Source: Candidatus Rokuibacteriota bacterium
GTDB taxonomy: Bacteria > Methylomirabilota > Methylomirabilia > Rokubacteriales > DASRDR01
Reading direction: 5' to 3'
Length of the DNA stretch: 64,000 bases
Assembly (NCBI GenBank): GCA_044866005.1
Contig: JBIOTN010000067.1
Span: forward strand, 4,899-68,898
Shown piece by piece: positions 20,567 to 30,346 of this stretch. Below the pieces are notes generated by a model. The model had not been told where the DNA came from and ran no database searches. It worked only from the letters and a program-made list of their open reading frames with translations. Within the stretch, counting starts at the first letter, position 1, and each line of letters begins with the position of its first letter. Made by a program: the position numbers and the translations under genes.

Positions 20567-23014
20567 CTAGAGCGCCAGCTTCCGCAGGCGGAGGGCGTTG
20601 CCGACGACGGAGACGGAGCTGACGCTCATCGCCGCGCTGGCGACCACCGGGCTCAAGAGCAGACCGAAGACGGGGTAGAGGACGCCGGCGGCGAGCGGGA
20701 CGCCGAGCGAGTTGTAGACGAAGGCGAAGAAGAGGTTCTGCCGGATGTTCCGCATCGTGGCCCGGCTCAGCCGGCGGGCCCGCACGATGCCCCGCAGGTC
20801 GCCCTTGACCAGGGTCACCGCGGCGCTCTCCATGGCGACGTCCGTCCCCGTCCCCATCGCGATCCCCACGTCGGCCTGGGCCAGCGCCGGCGCGTCGTTG
20901 ATGCCGTCACCCGCCATCGCCACCCGCCGGCCCTCGGCCTGGAGGCGCCGGACGACCTCGCCCTTCGCCGCCGGCAGGACCTCCGCCTCGACGCGGTCGA
21001 TCCCGAGCGCGCGGGCGACGGCCTCGGCGGTCGTCCGGCTGTCGCCGGTGAGCATGACGACCTGGAGGCCCTCCTCGCGGAGCAGGCGGATCGCCTCGGC
21101 GCTGGACGGCTTGATGGGGTCGGCGACGCCGAGCAGGCCGGCCGCCCGGCCCTCCACGACGACGAACACGACGGTCTGCCCGTCCTGGCGGAGCTTCTCC
21201 GCCTGACCGGCCAGGACCCCGGGCGCGACGGCCAGCTCGTCCAGCAGCCGCGCGTTCCCGAGCGCCACCGCCCGGCCGTCCACGCGGCCCACCACGCCCT
21301 TGCCGGTGAGCGACCGGAACTCGGTCAGCTCGCCGAGCGCGAGGCCGCGCGCGGTGGCCCCCGCGACGATCGCCGCGGCGAGCGGGTGCTCGCTCCCCCG
21401 CTCGAGCGTCGCGCCGAGGCGCAGGAGCTCCCCGTCGGCGAGGGGCGGCAGGACCACGATGGAAGTCAGGCGCGGCTTGCCCTCCGTGAGGGTGCCGGTC
21501 TTGTCCACCACCACCGTGTCCACCCGCTCCATGATCTCCAGGGCCTCGGCGTGCTTGACGAGCACGCCCGCCGTCGCGCCCCGGCCCGTGGCGACCATGA
21601 TGGACATCGGCGTGGCCAGGCCGAGCGCGCACGGGCAGGCGATGATCAGCACGGCCACCGCGTTCACGAGCGCGTAGGCCAGGCGCGGCTCGGGCCCGAC
21701 GAGCGCCCACGCGGCGAAGGTCAGCCCCGCGATCGCCACGACCGCCGGCACGAAGTACGAGGAGACCACGTCGGCCAGACGCTGGATCGGCGCGCGCGTG
21801 CGCTGGGCTTCGCCGACCATGCGCACGATCTGGGCGAGGAGCGTGTCGCTGCCGACCCGCTCGGCCCGCATGACGAAGCTCCCCGTGCCGTTCACGGTTC
21901 CGCCGGTCACCCGGCTCCCCGGCGTCTTCTCCACGGGGACGGGCTCGCCCGTCAGCATGGACTCGTCGACGGCGCTCGCGCCCTCGAGCACGACGCCGTC
22001 CACGGGGACGCGCTCGCCCGGGCGGACGCGGAGCCGGTCGCCGGGGGCCACCTGCTCGAGCGGCACGTCTTCCTCCGCCCCGGCCTCGCCGAGGCGTCGC
22101 GCCGTCTTCGGCGCCAGCCCCAGCAGCGCGCGGATCGCGCTGCTGGTCCGGCTGCGGGCGCGGAGCTCGAGGACCTGCCCCAGCAGCACCAGCACCGTGA
22201 TGATCGCCGCCGGCTCGAAGTAGACGGGAACCTCGCCGCCGTGGCCGCGGAAGGCGGGCGGGATGAGCCCGGGCGCGAGCGTCGCCGCGACGCTGTACCC
22301 GTACGCCATGCCGATCCCGAGCGCGATGAGCGTGAACATGTTCAGGCTGCGGTTCACGATCGAGGCATAGCCGCGCTGGAAGAGCGGCCAGCCGCCCCAG
22401 AGGACCACCGGCGTGGCGAGGGCCAGCTCGAGCCAGGTCACCGCGCGCATCGACAGCGCGCGCTGGACCGGCTGCCCGGGCCACATGTCCGACATCGCGA
22501 GGACCAGGATGGGGACGGAGAGGAGCAGGCTCACCCGGAAGCGGCGGGACATGTCCACGAGCTCCGGGCTCACCTCGGCCTCGGCCGTCACCGTCCGGGG
22601 CTCGAGCGCCATCCCGCAGATCGGGCAGAGGCCCGGCTCGGGCCGGACGATCTCCGGGTGCATCGGGCAGAAGTACTCGGTCCGGAATGCGGGTGCCGCG
22701 GCGACCGGCGGCTCGAGCGCCATCCCGCACTTCGGGCACGCGCCGGGTCGGGGCTCGCGGACCTCGGGGTCCATCGGGCACGTGTAGCCGCCGGCCGTCG
22801 CCTCCGCCGCCGCGGCGCTCCGGCGCTCGCCGGAGGGCGCCACGTAGCGCCCGGGGTCTGCGCGGAACCGCTCGAGGCAGGAGGGGTGACAGAAGAGGTA
22901 CGTCCGGCCGCCGTAGGCGTGGCGTCCGGCGGCCTCGGCCGGCTCCACCGTCATCCCGCAGACGGGGTCCGTCGCCGCCTGTCCGATCGCCTGCGCCCGC
23001 TCGTCCCCTGTCAT
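20567..23014 (-). CDS. copA: Cu(I)-translocating P1B-type ATPase with N-terminal YHS/TRASH-type metal-binding domains
   Basis: CPC, DKTGT and GDGINDAP motifs; the N-terminus has CGM...FC YHS-like motifs rather than a classical HMA domain; RBS GAGGTGA. Confidence 0.9.
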   Translation of the reverse strand: MTGDERAQAIGQAATDPVCGMTVEPAEAAGRHAYGGRTYLFCHPSCLERFRADPGRYVAPSGERRSAAAAEATAGGYTCPMDPEVREPRPGACPKCGMALEPPVAAAPAFRTEYFCPMHPEIVRPEPGLCPICGMALEPRTVTAEAEVSPELVDMSRRFRVSLLLSVPILVLAMSDMWPGQPVQRALSMRAVTWLELALATPVVLWGGWPLFQRGYASIVNRSLNMFTLIALGIGMAYGYSVAATLAPGLIPPAFRGHGGEVPVYFEPAAIITVLVLLGQVLELRARSRTSSAIRALLGLAPKTARRLGEAGAEEDVPLEQVAPGDRLRVRPGERVPVDGVVLEGASAVDESMLTGEPVPVEKTPGSRVTGGTVNGTGSFVMRAERVGSDTLLAQIVRMVGEAQRTRAPIQRLADVVSSYFVPAVVAIAGLTFAAWALVGPEPRLAYALVNAVAVLIIACPCALGLATPMSIMVATGRGATAGVLVKHAEALEIMERVDTVVVDKTGTLTEGKPRLTSIVVLPPLADGELLRLGATLERGSEHPLAAAIVAGATARGLALGELTEFRSLTGKGVVGRVDGRAVALGNARLLDELAVAPGVLAGQAEKLRQDGQTVVFVVVEGRAAGLLGVADPIKPSSAEAIRLLREEGLQVVMLTGDSRTTAEAVARALGIDRVEAEVLPAAKGEVVRRLQAEGRRVAMAGDGINDAPALAQADVGIAMGTGTDVAMESAAVTLVKGDLRGIVRARRLSRATMRNIRQNLFFAFVYNSLGVPLAAGVLYPVFGLLLSPVVASAAMSVSSVSVVGNALRLRKLAL

Positions 23015-23187
23015 GGCGTCACCTCTACAGAGGGTATACCCGGGCCCGGAGATGCGGGAGCCCCGCGCGGGGGCCGCGCCCGGCCGGCGGAGTGCAAGAC
23101 GCTGCCGGCGCCGGGCGCCGGATGTAGAATGAGCGGGTCCGCGGCGACTGCTGTACTCCGCCTTCGGAGTCTTGGAGGACCACGCGC

Positions 23188-24636
23188 ATGACGACCGCAC
23201 CCAGCGCCAGCTACAGCATGACGATGCGGCTCGAGATCCGGAACCGCCCGGGGATGCTCGGGAAGATCGCCTCCGCGATCGGGAAGGCGGGCGGGGACAT
23301 CGGCGCCGTGGACCTGGTCCAGGTGGGCGCGGGCGTGCTCACGCGCGACATCACGTTCAACGCGCGGGACGAGGAGCACGGCCAGTCGGTCGTCGGGGCG
23401 GTGCGCCGGGTCGCCGGGGTTCGGGTCGTCGCGGTGTCGGACCGCACGTTCCTCATGCACCTGGGCGGCAAGATCGAGGTGCGGGGGAAGGTGCCGGTGA
23501 AGACGCGCGACGACCTGTCGATGGCGTACACGCCGGGGGTGGCGCGCGTCTGCCTGGCCATCCGCGACGAGCCGCAGACGGCCTACGCGCTGACCATCAA
23601 GCAGAACACGGTCGCCGTCGTCACCGACGGCACCGCGGTGCTGGGGCTGGGCGACATCGGGCCGAAGGCCGCCATGCCCGTGATGGAAGGCAAGGCGCTC
23701 CTGTTCAAGGAGTTCGCCGGCGTGGATGCCTTCCCCCTCTGCCTGGCGACCAAGGACGTGGACGAGATCGTCGCGATCGTCCGCGCGGTGTCGCCGGTCT
23801 TCGGGGGCATCAACCTGGAGGACATCGCCGCCCCGCGCTGCTTCGAGATCGAGGAGCGGCTCCGCAAGGAGCTCGACATCCCGGTCTTCCACGACGACCA
23901 GCACGGGACCGCGGTCGTGGTCCTGGCCGCGCTGATCAACGCGCTCAAGGTGGTCAAGAAGAGGCTCGCGGACGTGCGCGTCGTCTTCTCCGGCGCGGGC
24001 GCCTCGGGGATCGCGACGGCGAAGCTCCTCATGGCGGTCGGCTGCCGGCACATCATCGGCTGTGACCGCTCGGGCACGCTCTACCGGGGTCGCCGCGAGA
24101 ACATGAATCCGGTCAAGGCGTGGTTCGCCGAGCACACGAACGAAAAGCGCGTGCGGGGCAGCTGCGGCGACGCCCTCCGCGGCGCCGATGTCTACATCGG
24201 GCTGTCCGGGCCCGGGGTGGTGACGCCGCGGGAGGTGCGGCGGATGGCGCGCCACGCGGTCGTCTTCGCCATGGCGAACCCGGTGCCCGAGATCATGCCG
24301 GAGGACGTCCAGGGGATGGTCCGCGTCATGGCCACGGGCCGGTCGGACTACGCGAACCAGATCAACAACGTGCTCTGCTTCCCGGGCTTCTTCCGCGGCC
24401 TGCTGGACGTGCGGGCGCGGCTGGTGAACGACGAGATGAAGATCGCGGCCGCCCGCGGCATCGCCTCCATCATCGCGGCGAGCGAGCTGGGCGAGGAGTA
24501 CATCATCCCCTCGGTCTTCGACAAGCGCGTGGTCGAGGCGGTGGCGGACGGGGTCGCCCGCGCCGCCGTGCAGACCGGGGTGGCGCGTCGCCGCCGTCGG
24601 CTCCCCGCGGGGGGCGCCGGCCGGAACGGCGCGTAG
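23188..24636 (+). CDS. NAD(P)-dependent malic enzyme with N-terminal ACT domain
   Basis: Malic-enzyme NAD-binding domain; ACT-like N-terminus. Confidence 0.9.
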   Translation: MTTAPSASYSMTMRLEIRNRPGMLGKIASAIGKAGGDIGAVDLVQVGAGVLTRDITFNARDEEHGQSVVGAVRRVAGVRVVAVSDRTFLMHLGGKIEVRGKVPVKTRDDLSMAYTPGVARVCLAIRDEPQTAYALTIKQNTVAVVTDGTAVLGLGDIGPKAAMPVMEGKALLFKEFAGVDAFPLCLATKDVDEIVAIVRAVSPVFGGINLEDIAAPRCFEIEERLRKELDIPVFHDDQHGTAVVVLAALINALKVVKKRLADVRVVFSGAGASGIATAKLLMAVGCRHIIGCDRSGTLYRGRRENMNPVKAWFAEHTNEKRVRGSCGDALRGADVYIGLSGPGVVTPREVRRMARHAVVFAMANPVPEIMPEDVQGMVRVMATGRSDYANQINNVLCFPGFFRGLLDVRARLVNDEMKIAAARGIASIIAASELGEEYIIPSVFDKRVVEAVADGVARAAVQTGVARRRRRLPAGGAGRNGA

Positions 24637-24679
24637 CCGCCCCCGCGGGCGGAGCCGGGCCGGCCGGCGAGGCCACGGG

Positions 24680-25252
24680 ATGCGCCGGCTCGCGGGACCG
24701 TCGATCGTGGCGCTCGCGCTCCTGGCCGGCGTCCCCCGGAGCGGGCCGGCCGCCCCACCGGGCCTCCCGCGACTCGGGGCCGCCCCGAACTTCGCCCTGA
24801 CGACCCACCTGAATGACCGCGTCTGGCTCACCCAGCTCCGCGGCCGCGCCGTCGTCCTCACGTTTACCTGCGCGACATGTGGAGCGTGTCCCACCGTCGT
24901 GCCGACCCTCGCCGAGGTGGCGCGCGGGCTGGGCGAGGCGGCGGGCGGACGGGTCTTCTTCGTCGCGGTGACGGTCGACCCGCGCCATGACAGCGCCGCC
25001 GTCCTCCGGGACTTCGCCCGGGCGCACGGTCTGAGCCCGCTGGCGTGGCTTCTCCTCACCGGGACGCCGGCCGAGGTGGAGGTGGTGGCCCGGCGCTTCG
25101 GCGTGGAGGCCCGGGCCGACGCCTTGTCCGAGGCCGCCTGCCCGGTGGTGCTGATCGACCGCACCGGCACGATCCGCGTGCGCTACCGGGGCCCGGAGCT
25201 CGGCCGCCTCCGCTTCGACCTGGTGCAGCTTCTCGCCGAGCCTGCCGGCTAG
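24680..25252 (+). CDS. SCO1/SenC-family copper chaperone (thioredoxin fold)
   Basis: CxxxC motif FTCATCGAC; signal/anchor sequence. Confidence 0.8.
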   Translation: MRRLAGPSIVALALLAGVPRSGPAAPPGLPRLGAAPNFALTTHLNDRVWLTQLRGRAVVLTFTCATCGACPTVVPTLAEVARGLGEAAGGRVFFVAVTVDPRHDSAAVLRDFARAHGLSPLAWLLLTGTPAEVEVVARRFGVEARADALSEAACPVVLIDRTGTIRVRYRGPELGRLRFDLVQLLAEPAG

Positions 25253-25275
25253 CCGGTCAAAAGACTTGACCTTCC
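25203..25275. repeat. Direct repeat copy 1 (about 73 bp). Covers the 3' end of the SCO1 gene and a TTGACC box.
   Basis: About 92% identical to 25993-26066. Confidence 0.8.
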
Positions 25276-25387
25276 GGTCCTCACAGCACAGAGCTCCAGC
25301 CTTCCTTGGCGCTTGCGGGCGCAAAAGGAAGGGACTGCCGCATGGCGGCGTGGTAGGATATTTCATCATACCCGGGAAGGTTGCCAC

Positions 25388-25630
25388 GTGCCGAAGACCA
25401 AGGTCGCCATCACGCTCGATGCCGAGCTGCTTGATCGGGTCGATGAACTGGTCGCCCGACGAGAGTTCCGCAATCGGAGCCAGGCCATCGAGGCCGCGCT
25501 CGCCGAGAAGCTGGCAAGGGCCCGACGGACGCGCCTGGCGCGGGAGTGCGCAAAGCTCGACCCCGAGGAGGAGAAAGCCCTCGCCGAGGAAGGCCTCGCC
25601 GGGAGCTCTGACTCGTGGCCCGAATACTGA
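25388..25630 (+). CDS. Ribbon-helix-helix (CopG-family) antitoxin
   Basis: GTG start after GGGAAGG; KVAITLDAELLDRVDEL RHH motif; overlaps the mazF start. Confidence 0.7.
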   Translation: MPKTKVAITLDAELLDRVDELVARREFRNRSQAIEAALAEKLARARRTRLARECAKLDPEEEKALAEEGLAGSSDSWPEY

Positions 25631-25950
25631 GGGGCGAGATCCGCTGGGCCGACCTCAATCCAGTTCGCGGCCGGGAACAGGCTGGGCTCCGACCCATTCT
25701 GGTCCTGAGCCATGACGTGTTCAATGAGCGCTCCGCGACGGTCATTGCCGTCGCCCTGACCAGTCGAGAGCCCCGCGCTGGGTTTCCGCTCACGCTCGAG
25801 AGTAACGCCCGGGGTTTGCCGAAGCGATCGTGGATCCGGATCAGCCAAGTCCGGACACTTTCCGTGGAGAGGATCGGGCGGCGTCTGGCGCGCGCCTCTG
25901 AGGAAGAGGTTGATCGCGTCGTGGAGGGCCTCAGCGAGATAATCGGCTGA
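25615..25950 (+). CDS. mazF: MazF/PemK-family toxin endoribonuclease
   Basis: RGEIRWADLNP..GREQAGLRPILVLS motif typical of MazF. Confidence 0.8.
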   Translation: MARILRGEIRWADLNPVRGREQAGLRPILVLSHDVFNERSATVIAVALTSREPRAGFPLTLESNARGLPKRSWIRISQVRTLSVERIGRRLARASEEEVDRVVEGLSEIIG

Positions 25951-25992
25951 CGGCGTGATCCACGGCGGTTCGCGTTGCCCGCACAGTCCGGG

Positions 25993-26066
25993 CCCGCCTC
26001 CGCTTCGACTTGATCCAGCTTCTCGCCGAGCTCGCCGGCTAGCGGGTCAAAAGACTTGACCTTCCC
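25993..26066. repeat. Direct repeat copy 2 (about 73 bp), continuous with the CueR-box promoter
   Basis: About 92% identical to 25203-25275. Confidence 0.8.
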
Positions 26067-26085
26067 CTTCCTGGAAGCCGCACCG
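26055..26085 (+). promoter_or_regulatory. MerR/CueR-type promoter: TTGACC, 19-bp spacer containing CCTTCC-N7-GGAAGC
   Basis: Near-identical to the E. coli copA CueR operator (TTGACCTTCCCCTTGCTGGAAGG). Confidence 0.5.
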
Positions 26086-26167
26086 TGGCATCAATACGTC
26101 GGAGGAGAGGGTGGAGTACCGGGAAGAACACGAGACAGTGGAAACCGGGGGGGCGGAGGGATCGGCT

Positions 26168-26520
26168 ATGGCAGTGGCCAGCCGAGAGCTCATCGAGCGC
26201 TGTGTCGAAGAGTGTCTGAATTGCCTCAAGCTCGCGTCACGTTGCGTGGACTCGTGCCTGGCGGACGACCAGGCCAAGGCGATGGCGCGCTGCATCGGCT
26301 CTGCCTGGACTGCGCGGACCTCTGCCAGGCCTGTATCGCCACGCTCGGCCGGAACTCGGAACACGCGCGCGAGCTCTGCCGGGTGTTGGCGGACGTCTGC
26401 GAGGCGTGCGCGACGGAGTGCGAGAAGTTCGGCGACGGCATCATGCGCCAGTGCGCGGAAGCGTGCCGGCAGTGCGCCGAGGCCTGCCGCCAGGTGGCAC
26501 GGGTGCGGGCCGCCGCCTGA
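26168..26520 (+). pseudogene. Four-helix-bundle copper-binding protein (DUF326/Csp-like, Cys-rich) with a -1 frameshift near 26296
   Basis: The N-terminal half is in the 26111 frame and the C-terminal half in the 26056 frame. Restoring one C in tgcatc(c)ggctc gives ARCIRLCLDCADLC. Confidence 0.6.
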
Positions 26521-26617
26521 GGCCGGCTCCGCGGGGCGGGGCGGTGCGGCGTGCCGTGCCGTCCCGCCGCGCGTTCAGCGCCGGCCGCGCGAAAGCCGAC
26601 CGGCGCAAGGCCGGGGC

Positions 26618-26648
26618 TTGACATTCCAGTTAACTGGAAGGATTACCC
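26618..26648 (+). promoter_or_regulatory. MerR-type promoter: TTGACA, 19-bp spacer with perfect palindrome TTCCAGTTAACTGGAA
   Basis: Upstream of the merR-family gene at 26685. Confidence 0.5.
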
Positions 26649-26684
26649 TGTCTGTGTGAGCGATTCGACCAGGGAGAGCCGAGA

Positions 26685-27122
26685 GTGAGCACGCCCCTGA
26701 AGATCGGCGAGCTGGCCGCCAAGAGCGGGGTCGCGGCGAAGACCATCCGCTTCTATGAAGGGGCGGGCGTGCTTCCGGCCCCCAGCCGGGGGGCGAACGG
26801 CTACCGCCTCTACGGCGCCGACGCCCTGGATCTCCTGCGCTTCGTTCGGCAGGCGCGAGGCCTCGGTCTCACCCTCGGGGAGATCAAGGAGCTGGTCGCG
26901 ATCCGCCGGCGCGGGGAGATCCCCTGCCGGCACGTCTATCGGCTGATCGAGGAGAAGGCCGCGGAGTTCGAGCGCAAGCTGAAGGACCTCGCCGAGCTTC
27001 GGGCGGTCCTTCGCCGGAGCCTCCGGTCGGCGCCGCGGCCGTTCCCCCGCGCCGCCGTCTGTCCCCATATCGAGGCTGGGAGCCAGGGGGCTTTCGCCGT
27101 CTCCCGCCCCCGGAAGGCGTAG
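26685..27122 (+). CDS. MerR-family metal-responsive regulator (CueR-like)
   Basis: HTH KIGELAAKSGVAAKTIRFYE; its stop abuts the start of the ATPase gene. Confidence 0.8.
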   Translation: MSTPLKIGELAAKSGVAAKTIRFYEGAGVLPAPSRGANGYRLYGADALDLLRFVRQARGLGLTLGEIKELVAIRRRGEIPCRHVYRLIEEKAAEFERKLKDLAELRAVLRRSLRSAPRPFPRAAVCPHIEAGSQGAFAVSRPRKA

Positions 27123-29537
27123 ATGGCCCTGGCCAAGCTCCAGCTCAAGATTGGCGGGATGGCGTGCTCCTTCTGTGTCGAGACCATCAAGAAAGGCCTC
27201 GGCCGGATCGATGGGGTGGCCGAGGTCGACGTCAGCCTCGCCCACGAGGAGGCGCTGATCGCCTACGACCCCGCCCGGGTGCCGCCGACGCTCGTCCGCG
27301 ATACGCTCCGCAGCCTCGGCTACACGGTTCGGGACCCCACCAAGGTCCGCACGTTCGAGGACGAAGAGGCCGAGCTGGCCCGTGAGCGGGACCGCCTCAT
27401 CCTGGCGGGGGCGGCTGCATGGTCGGCGTTCATGGCCATGCTGCTCATGTGGGTGGGCCGGCACCACCCCGCGGTCCACTGGTTCATGGCCGCGCTCGGC
27501 GCGGGGATGGTCTTCGGGCCCGGCCTCTACATCCTGAAGATGGCGTGGGCCTCCGCTCGCCGGCGGATCCTCAACCAGCACGTCCTTATGGAGGTCTCGG
27601 CGTTCGGCGGCCTCGCCGGCGGGATCATGGGGCTCGTGAAGCCGGTGTTCCCGAGCTACGAGTTCTTCGGCGTCGCCGTCTTCGTCACGGCCTACCACAT
27701 TCTCGGTGGTTACACCTCGCTGCTCGTTCGGACACGCGCCTCCCAGGCGGTGAAGAAGCTGCTCTCGCTCCAACCGCTGACCGCGCGGGTCGTGCGCGAC
27801 GGCGCGGAGGTCGATGTCCCCATGGCCGAGGTCCGGAAGGGCGACCTCGTGCGGGTGCGGCCGGGCGAGCAGGTGCCAGTCGACGGGACCGTTGTGGAAG
27901 GCGCCTCGGCCGTGAACGAGAGCCTGGTCACTGGCGAGCCCCTGCCGCGCGAGAAGCTACCCGGCCAGGAGGTGATCGGCGGCTCGCTCAACACGTCGGG
28001 GACGCTGCTCGTCCGCGTCACCCGGGTCGGCGAGGAGAGCTTCCTCGAGCAGGTGGCGCGCCACATTCAGGAGGCGCGCGCGCTGAAGCCGGGCATCCTG
28101 CTGCTGCTGGACCGGATCCTGAGGTATTTCGTCCCCGGCGTGCTCGCCGTCGGCCTGGCGGCGTTCGGCTTCTGGTCGCTCGGCGCCTGGACGCTCTGGG
28201 GCGCGCCCGACTGGGACCGTGCCGCGTTCGCGGCGCTGGCGGTGTTCGTGATGGGCTATCCCTGCGCGCTCGGGATGGCCATGCCCCTGGCGATGATCCG
28301 CGGGGGCGGCGAAGCCGCCCGCCAGGGGATCCTCATGCGGAGCGCGGCGTCGTTCCAGGCCTTCAAGGACGTCTCGGTCGTCGTGCTCGACAAGACGGGA
28401 ACCATCACGCATGGCCAGCCTCGCGTCGTGGACATCGTCCCGGCCGGCGGTTGGGAGCCGGACGGCGTACTCCGGCTGGCCGCGGCCGCCGAGCAGCCCT
28501 CCGAGCACCCGCTCGGCCAGGCGGTGGTGAAGGCCGCGGAGGCGCGCGGTCTCCAGGTTCCTCAGGCGGCGGACTTCCAGGCGGTGGCCGGCCACGGTGT
28601 CCGGGCCACGACCGACGGCAAGCGGCTCCTCCTCGGGACGCTCCGCTTTCTCGCCGAAGCCGGCGTCCGGACGGACGGACTTGCTGCCGCCGCCGAGGCC
28701 CAGGAGGCCGGAGCCCGGACCGTGATCGCCCTGGCCGCCGACGGCCACCTCGCCGGCCTCATCGCCCTGGCAGATACCGTCAAGCCGGACGCGGCCGAGG
28801 CAGTCGCCCGCTTCCGCGCGGCCGCGATCGAGCCGGTGATGATCACCGGCGACAACCCGCGGACCGCCCGAGCGGTGGCCGAGCAGGTCGGGATCCGGCA
28901 AGTGCTCGCCCAGGTGCTGCCGCAGGACAAGGCGGCCCGGGTTCGGGAGCTCCAGCGCCAGGGCAAGCGGGTGGCCATGGTCGGGGACGGCATCAACGAC
29001 GCTCCGGCGCTCATGCAGGCCGACGTCGGGCTCGCGATCGGCGCCGGCACTGACATCGCCATCGAGTCGGCCGACGTGGTGCTGGTCGGCGAGCGGCTGA
29101 CCGCGGCGGTCGATGCCTACCACGTCGCGCGCCGGACGTACCGGAAGACGGTCCAGAACCTGACCCTCGCCTTCTCCTTCAACGGGGTCGGCGTCCCGCT
29201 GGCGACTACCGGGCTGTTGGCCCCGGTCTGGGCGATGGCCGCCATGGCGGCGAGCGTGACGGTGGTCCTGCTCAACTCCTTCCTCGGCCGCCTCGTGCCG
29301 CAGTGGCGGAGGCGGCAGCCGGAGGTGCAGCAGTTCGCCTTGACGGTCCCGAGCATCCACTGCGACGGCTGCGTGACGATGATTCGCGAGGAGCTGGTCA
29401 AGCTGCCGATGGTCGTGTCCGTGGACGGCGACCCGGTGTCGAAGCAGGTCGTCGTCACGACGCGCGACGGTCAGGGGCAGCTCGCCGCGGTCGAGGAGGC
29501 GATCGCGCGCCTCGGCCACGTGGTGGGGGAACGCTGA
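27123..29537 (+). CDS. P1B-type heavy-metal ATPase with N-terminal HMA (GMACSFC), atypical YPC TM motif and a C-terminal HMA-like domain (HCDGC)
   Basis: [13 protein letters not shown]; 804 aa. Confidence 0.9.
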   Translation: MALAKLQLKIGGMACSFCVETIKKGLGRIDGVAEVDVSLAHEEALIAYDPARVPPTLVRDTLRSLGYTVRDPTKVRTFEDEEAELARERDRLILAGAAAWSAFMAMLLMWVGRHHPAVHWFMAALGAGMVFGPGLYILKMAWASARRRILNQHVLMEVSAFGGLAGGIMGLVKPVFPSYEFFGVAVFVTAYHILGGYTSLLVRTRASQAVKKLLSLQPLTARVVRDGAEVDVPMAEVRKGDLVRVRPGEQVPVDGTVVEGASAVNESLVTGEPLPREKLPGQEVIGGSLNTSGTLLVRVTRVGEESFLEQVARHIQEARALKPGILLLLDRILRYFVPGVLAVGLAAFGFWSLGAWTLWGAPDWDRAAFAALAVFVMGYPCALGMAMPLAMIRGGGEAARQGILMRSAASFQAFKDVSVVVLDKTGTITHGQPRVVDIVPAGGWEPDGVLRLAAAAEQPSEHPLGQAVVKAAEARGLQVPQAADFQAVAGHGVRATTDGKRLLLGTLRFLAEAGVRTDGLAAAAEAQEAGARTVIALAADGHLAGLIALADTVKPDAAEAVARFRAAAIEPVMITGDNPRTARAVAEQVGIRQVLAQVLPQDKAARVRELQRQGKRVAMVGDGINDAPALMQADVGLAIGAGTDIAIESADVVLVGERLTAAVDAYHVARRTYRKTVQNLTLAFSFNGVGVPLATTGLLAPVWAMAAMAASVTVVLLNSFLGRLVPQWRRRQPEVQQFALTVPSIHCDGCVTMIREELVKLPMVVSVDGDPVSKQVVVTTRDGQGQLAAVEEAIARLGHVVGER

Positions 29538-29538
29538 G

Positions 29539-30045
29539 ATGCGGAAATGGGTATGGGTCGCGGTCCTCGCCGCGGCGCTCGTGACCGGGTACGCCGTCGG
29601 GTACTTCTTCAACCCCGCCGGCGTCCCGCCGGTCAAGGGCTACCTGGACGGGCGCGAGGTCAAGTTCCTCCACACCGAGGCCTCGGACCCGAAGGTGGCC
29701 GCGCTCCTGACGGAGATGATGCGCTCGCCCGTCCTGGTCGTCCCGGCGCTCGCCCGGGCCCCCGAGGCCATGGTGGCGCCCGTCTACGTGTTCACGAACG
29801 GCGTGAGGAAGGGGGAGGGGCCGTTCAGGTATCAGTCCGACGTCTTCGAGCGGCCGCCGGGCCAGGATGGCTACAGCCCGCTGCGCGCGGTCCACCTCGT
29901 GAAGTGGAAGAACGAGGGCGCCGCCCGTGAGCTCCGATCGGCCGGGGAAGTGAAAGAGGCGGAGGCGAAGGGCGAGCTGACGATCGAGCGGCCGGGCGTC
30001 GTCGTCAACATGCCGTTCCTCACGTGGCCCGGCGGACGGCGGTGA
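29539..30045 (+). CDS. Membrane-anchored hypothetical protein
   Basis: ATG overlaps the ATPase stop; N-terminal TM segment; no recognised domain. Confidence 0.5.
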   Translation: MRKWVWVAVLAAALVTGYAVGYFFNPAGVPPVKGYLDGREVKFLHTEASDPKVAALLTEMMRSPVLVVPALARAPEAMVAPVYVFTNGVRKGEGPFRYQSDVFERPPGQDGYSPLRAVHLVKWKNEGAARELRSAGEVKEAEAKGELTIERPGVVVNMPFLTWPGGRR

Positions 30046-30085
30046 CGATCAGGGGCGTGAACCGAAAGGAGCTTCACGGAGAGAG

Positions 30086-30292
30086 ATGACCACGGTGCGG
30101 TTGAGGGTCCCTACGATCAAGTGCGAAGGATGCGTCGAGAGGATCAGGAGCACGCTCGTCACGAGGGCGGGAGTCCACCGGGTCGAAGGCGACCCGGAGC
30201 GGAAGGAGCTCAGCGTGACGTTCAACCCTGAGCAGTTGAGCGATCAAGACATCCGAGCCGCGGTGTGGAATGCCGGGTTCATGGTCGGCTGA
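30086..30292 (+). CDS. Small HMA-like metallochaperone with CEGC motif
   Basis: LRVPTIKCEGCVERI; resembles the ATPase C-terminal domain. Confidence 0.6.
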   Translation: MTTVRLRVPTIKCEGCVERIRSTLVTRAGVHRVEGDPERKELSVTFNPEQLSDQDIRAAVWNAGFMVG

Positions 30293-30346
30293 GGCGCTGT
30301 CACAGCTCATGACGGGCTCAACCGGACGCACGGAGACGGCCGTGGA

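Noticed and set aside
23015-23187. CueR box in the copA/malic-enzyme divergent region
   Set aside because: No CCTTCC-N7-GGAAGG dyad was found by eye. Only GC-rich palindromes (GGGTATACCC, CCGGGCCCGG) of uncertain meaning are present.
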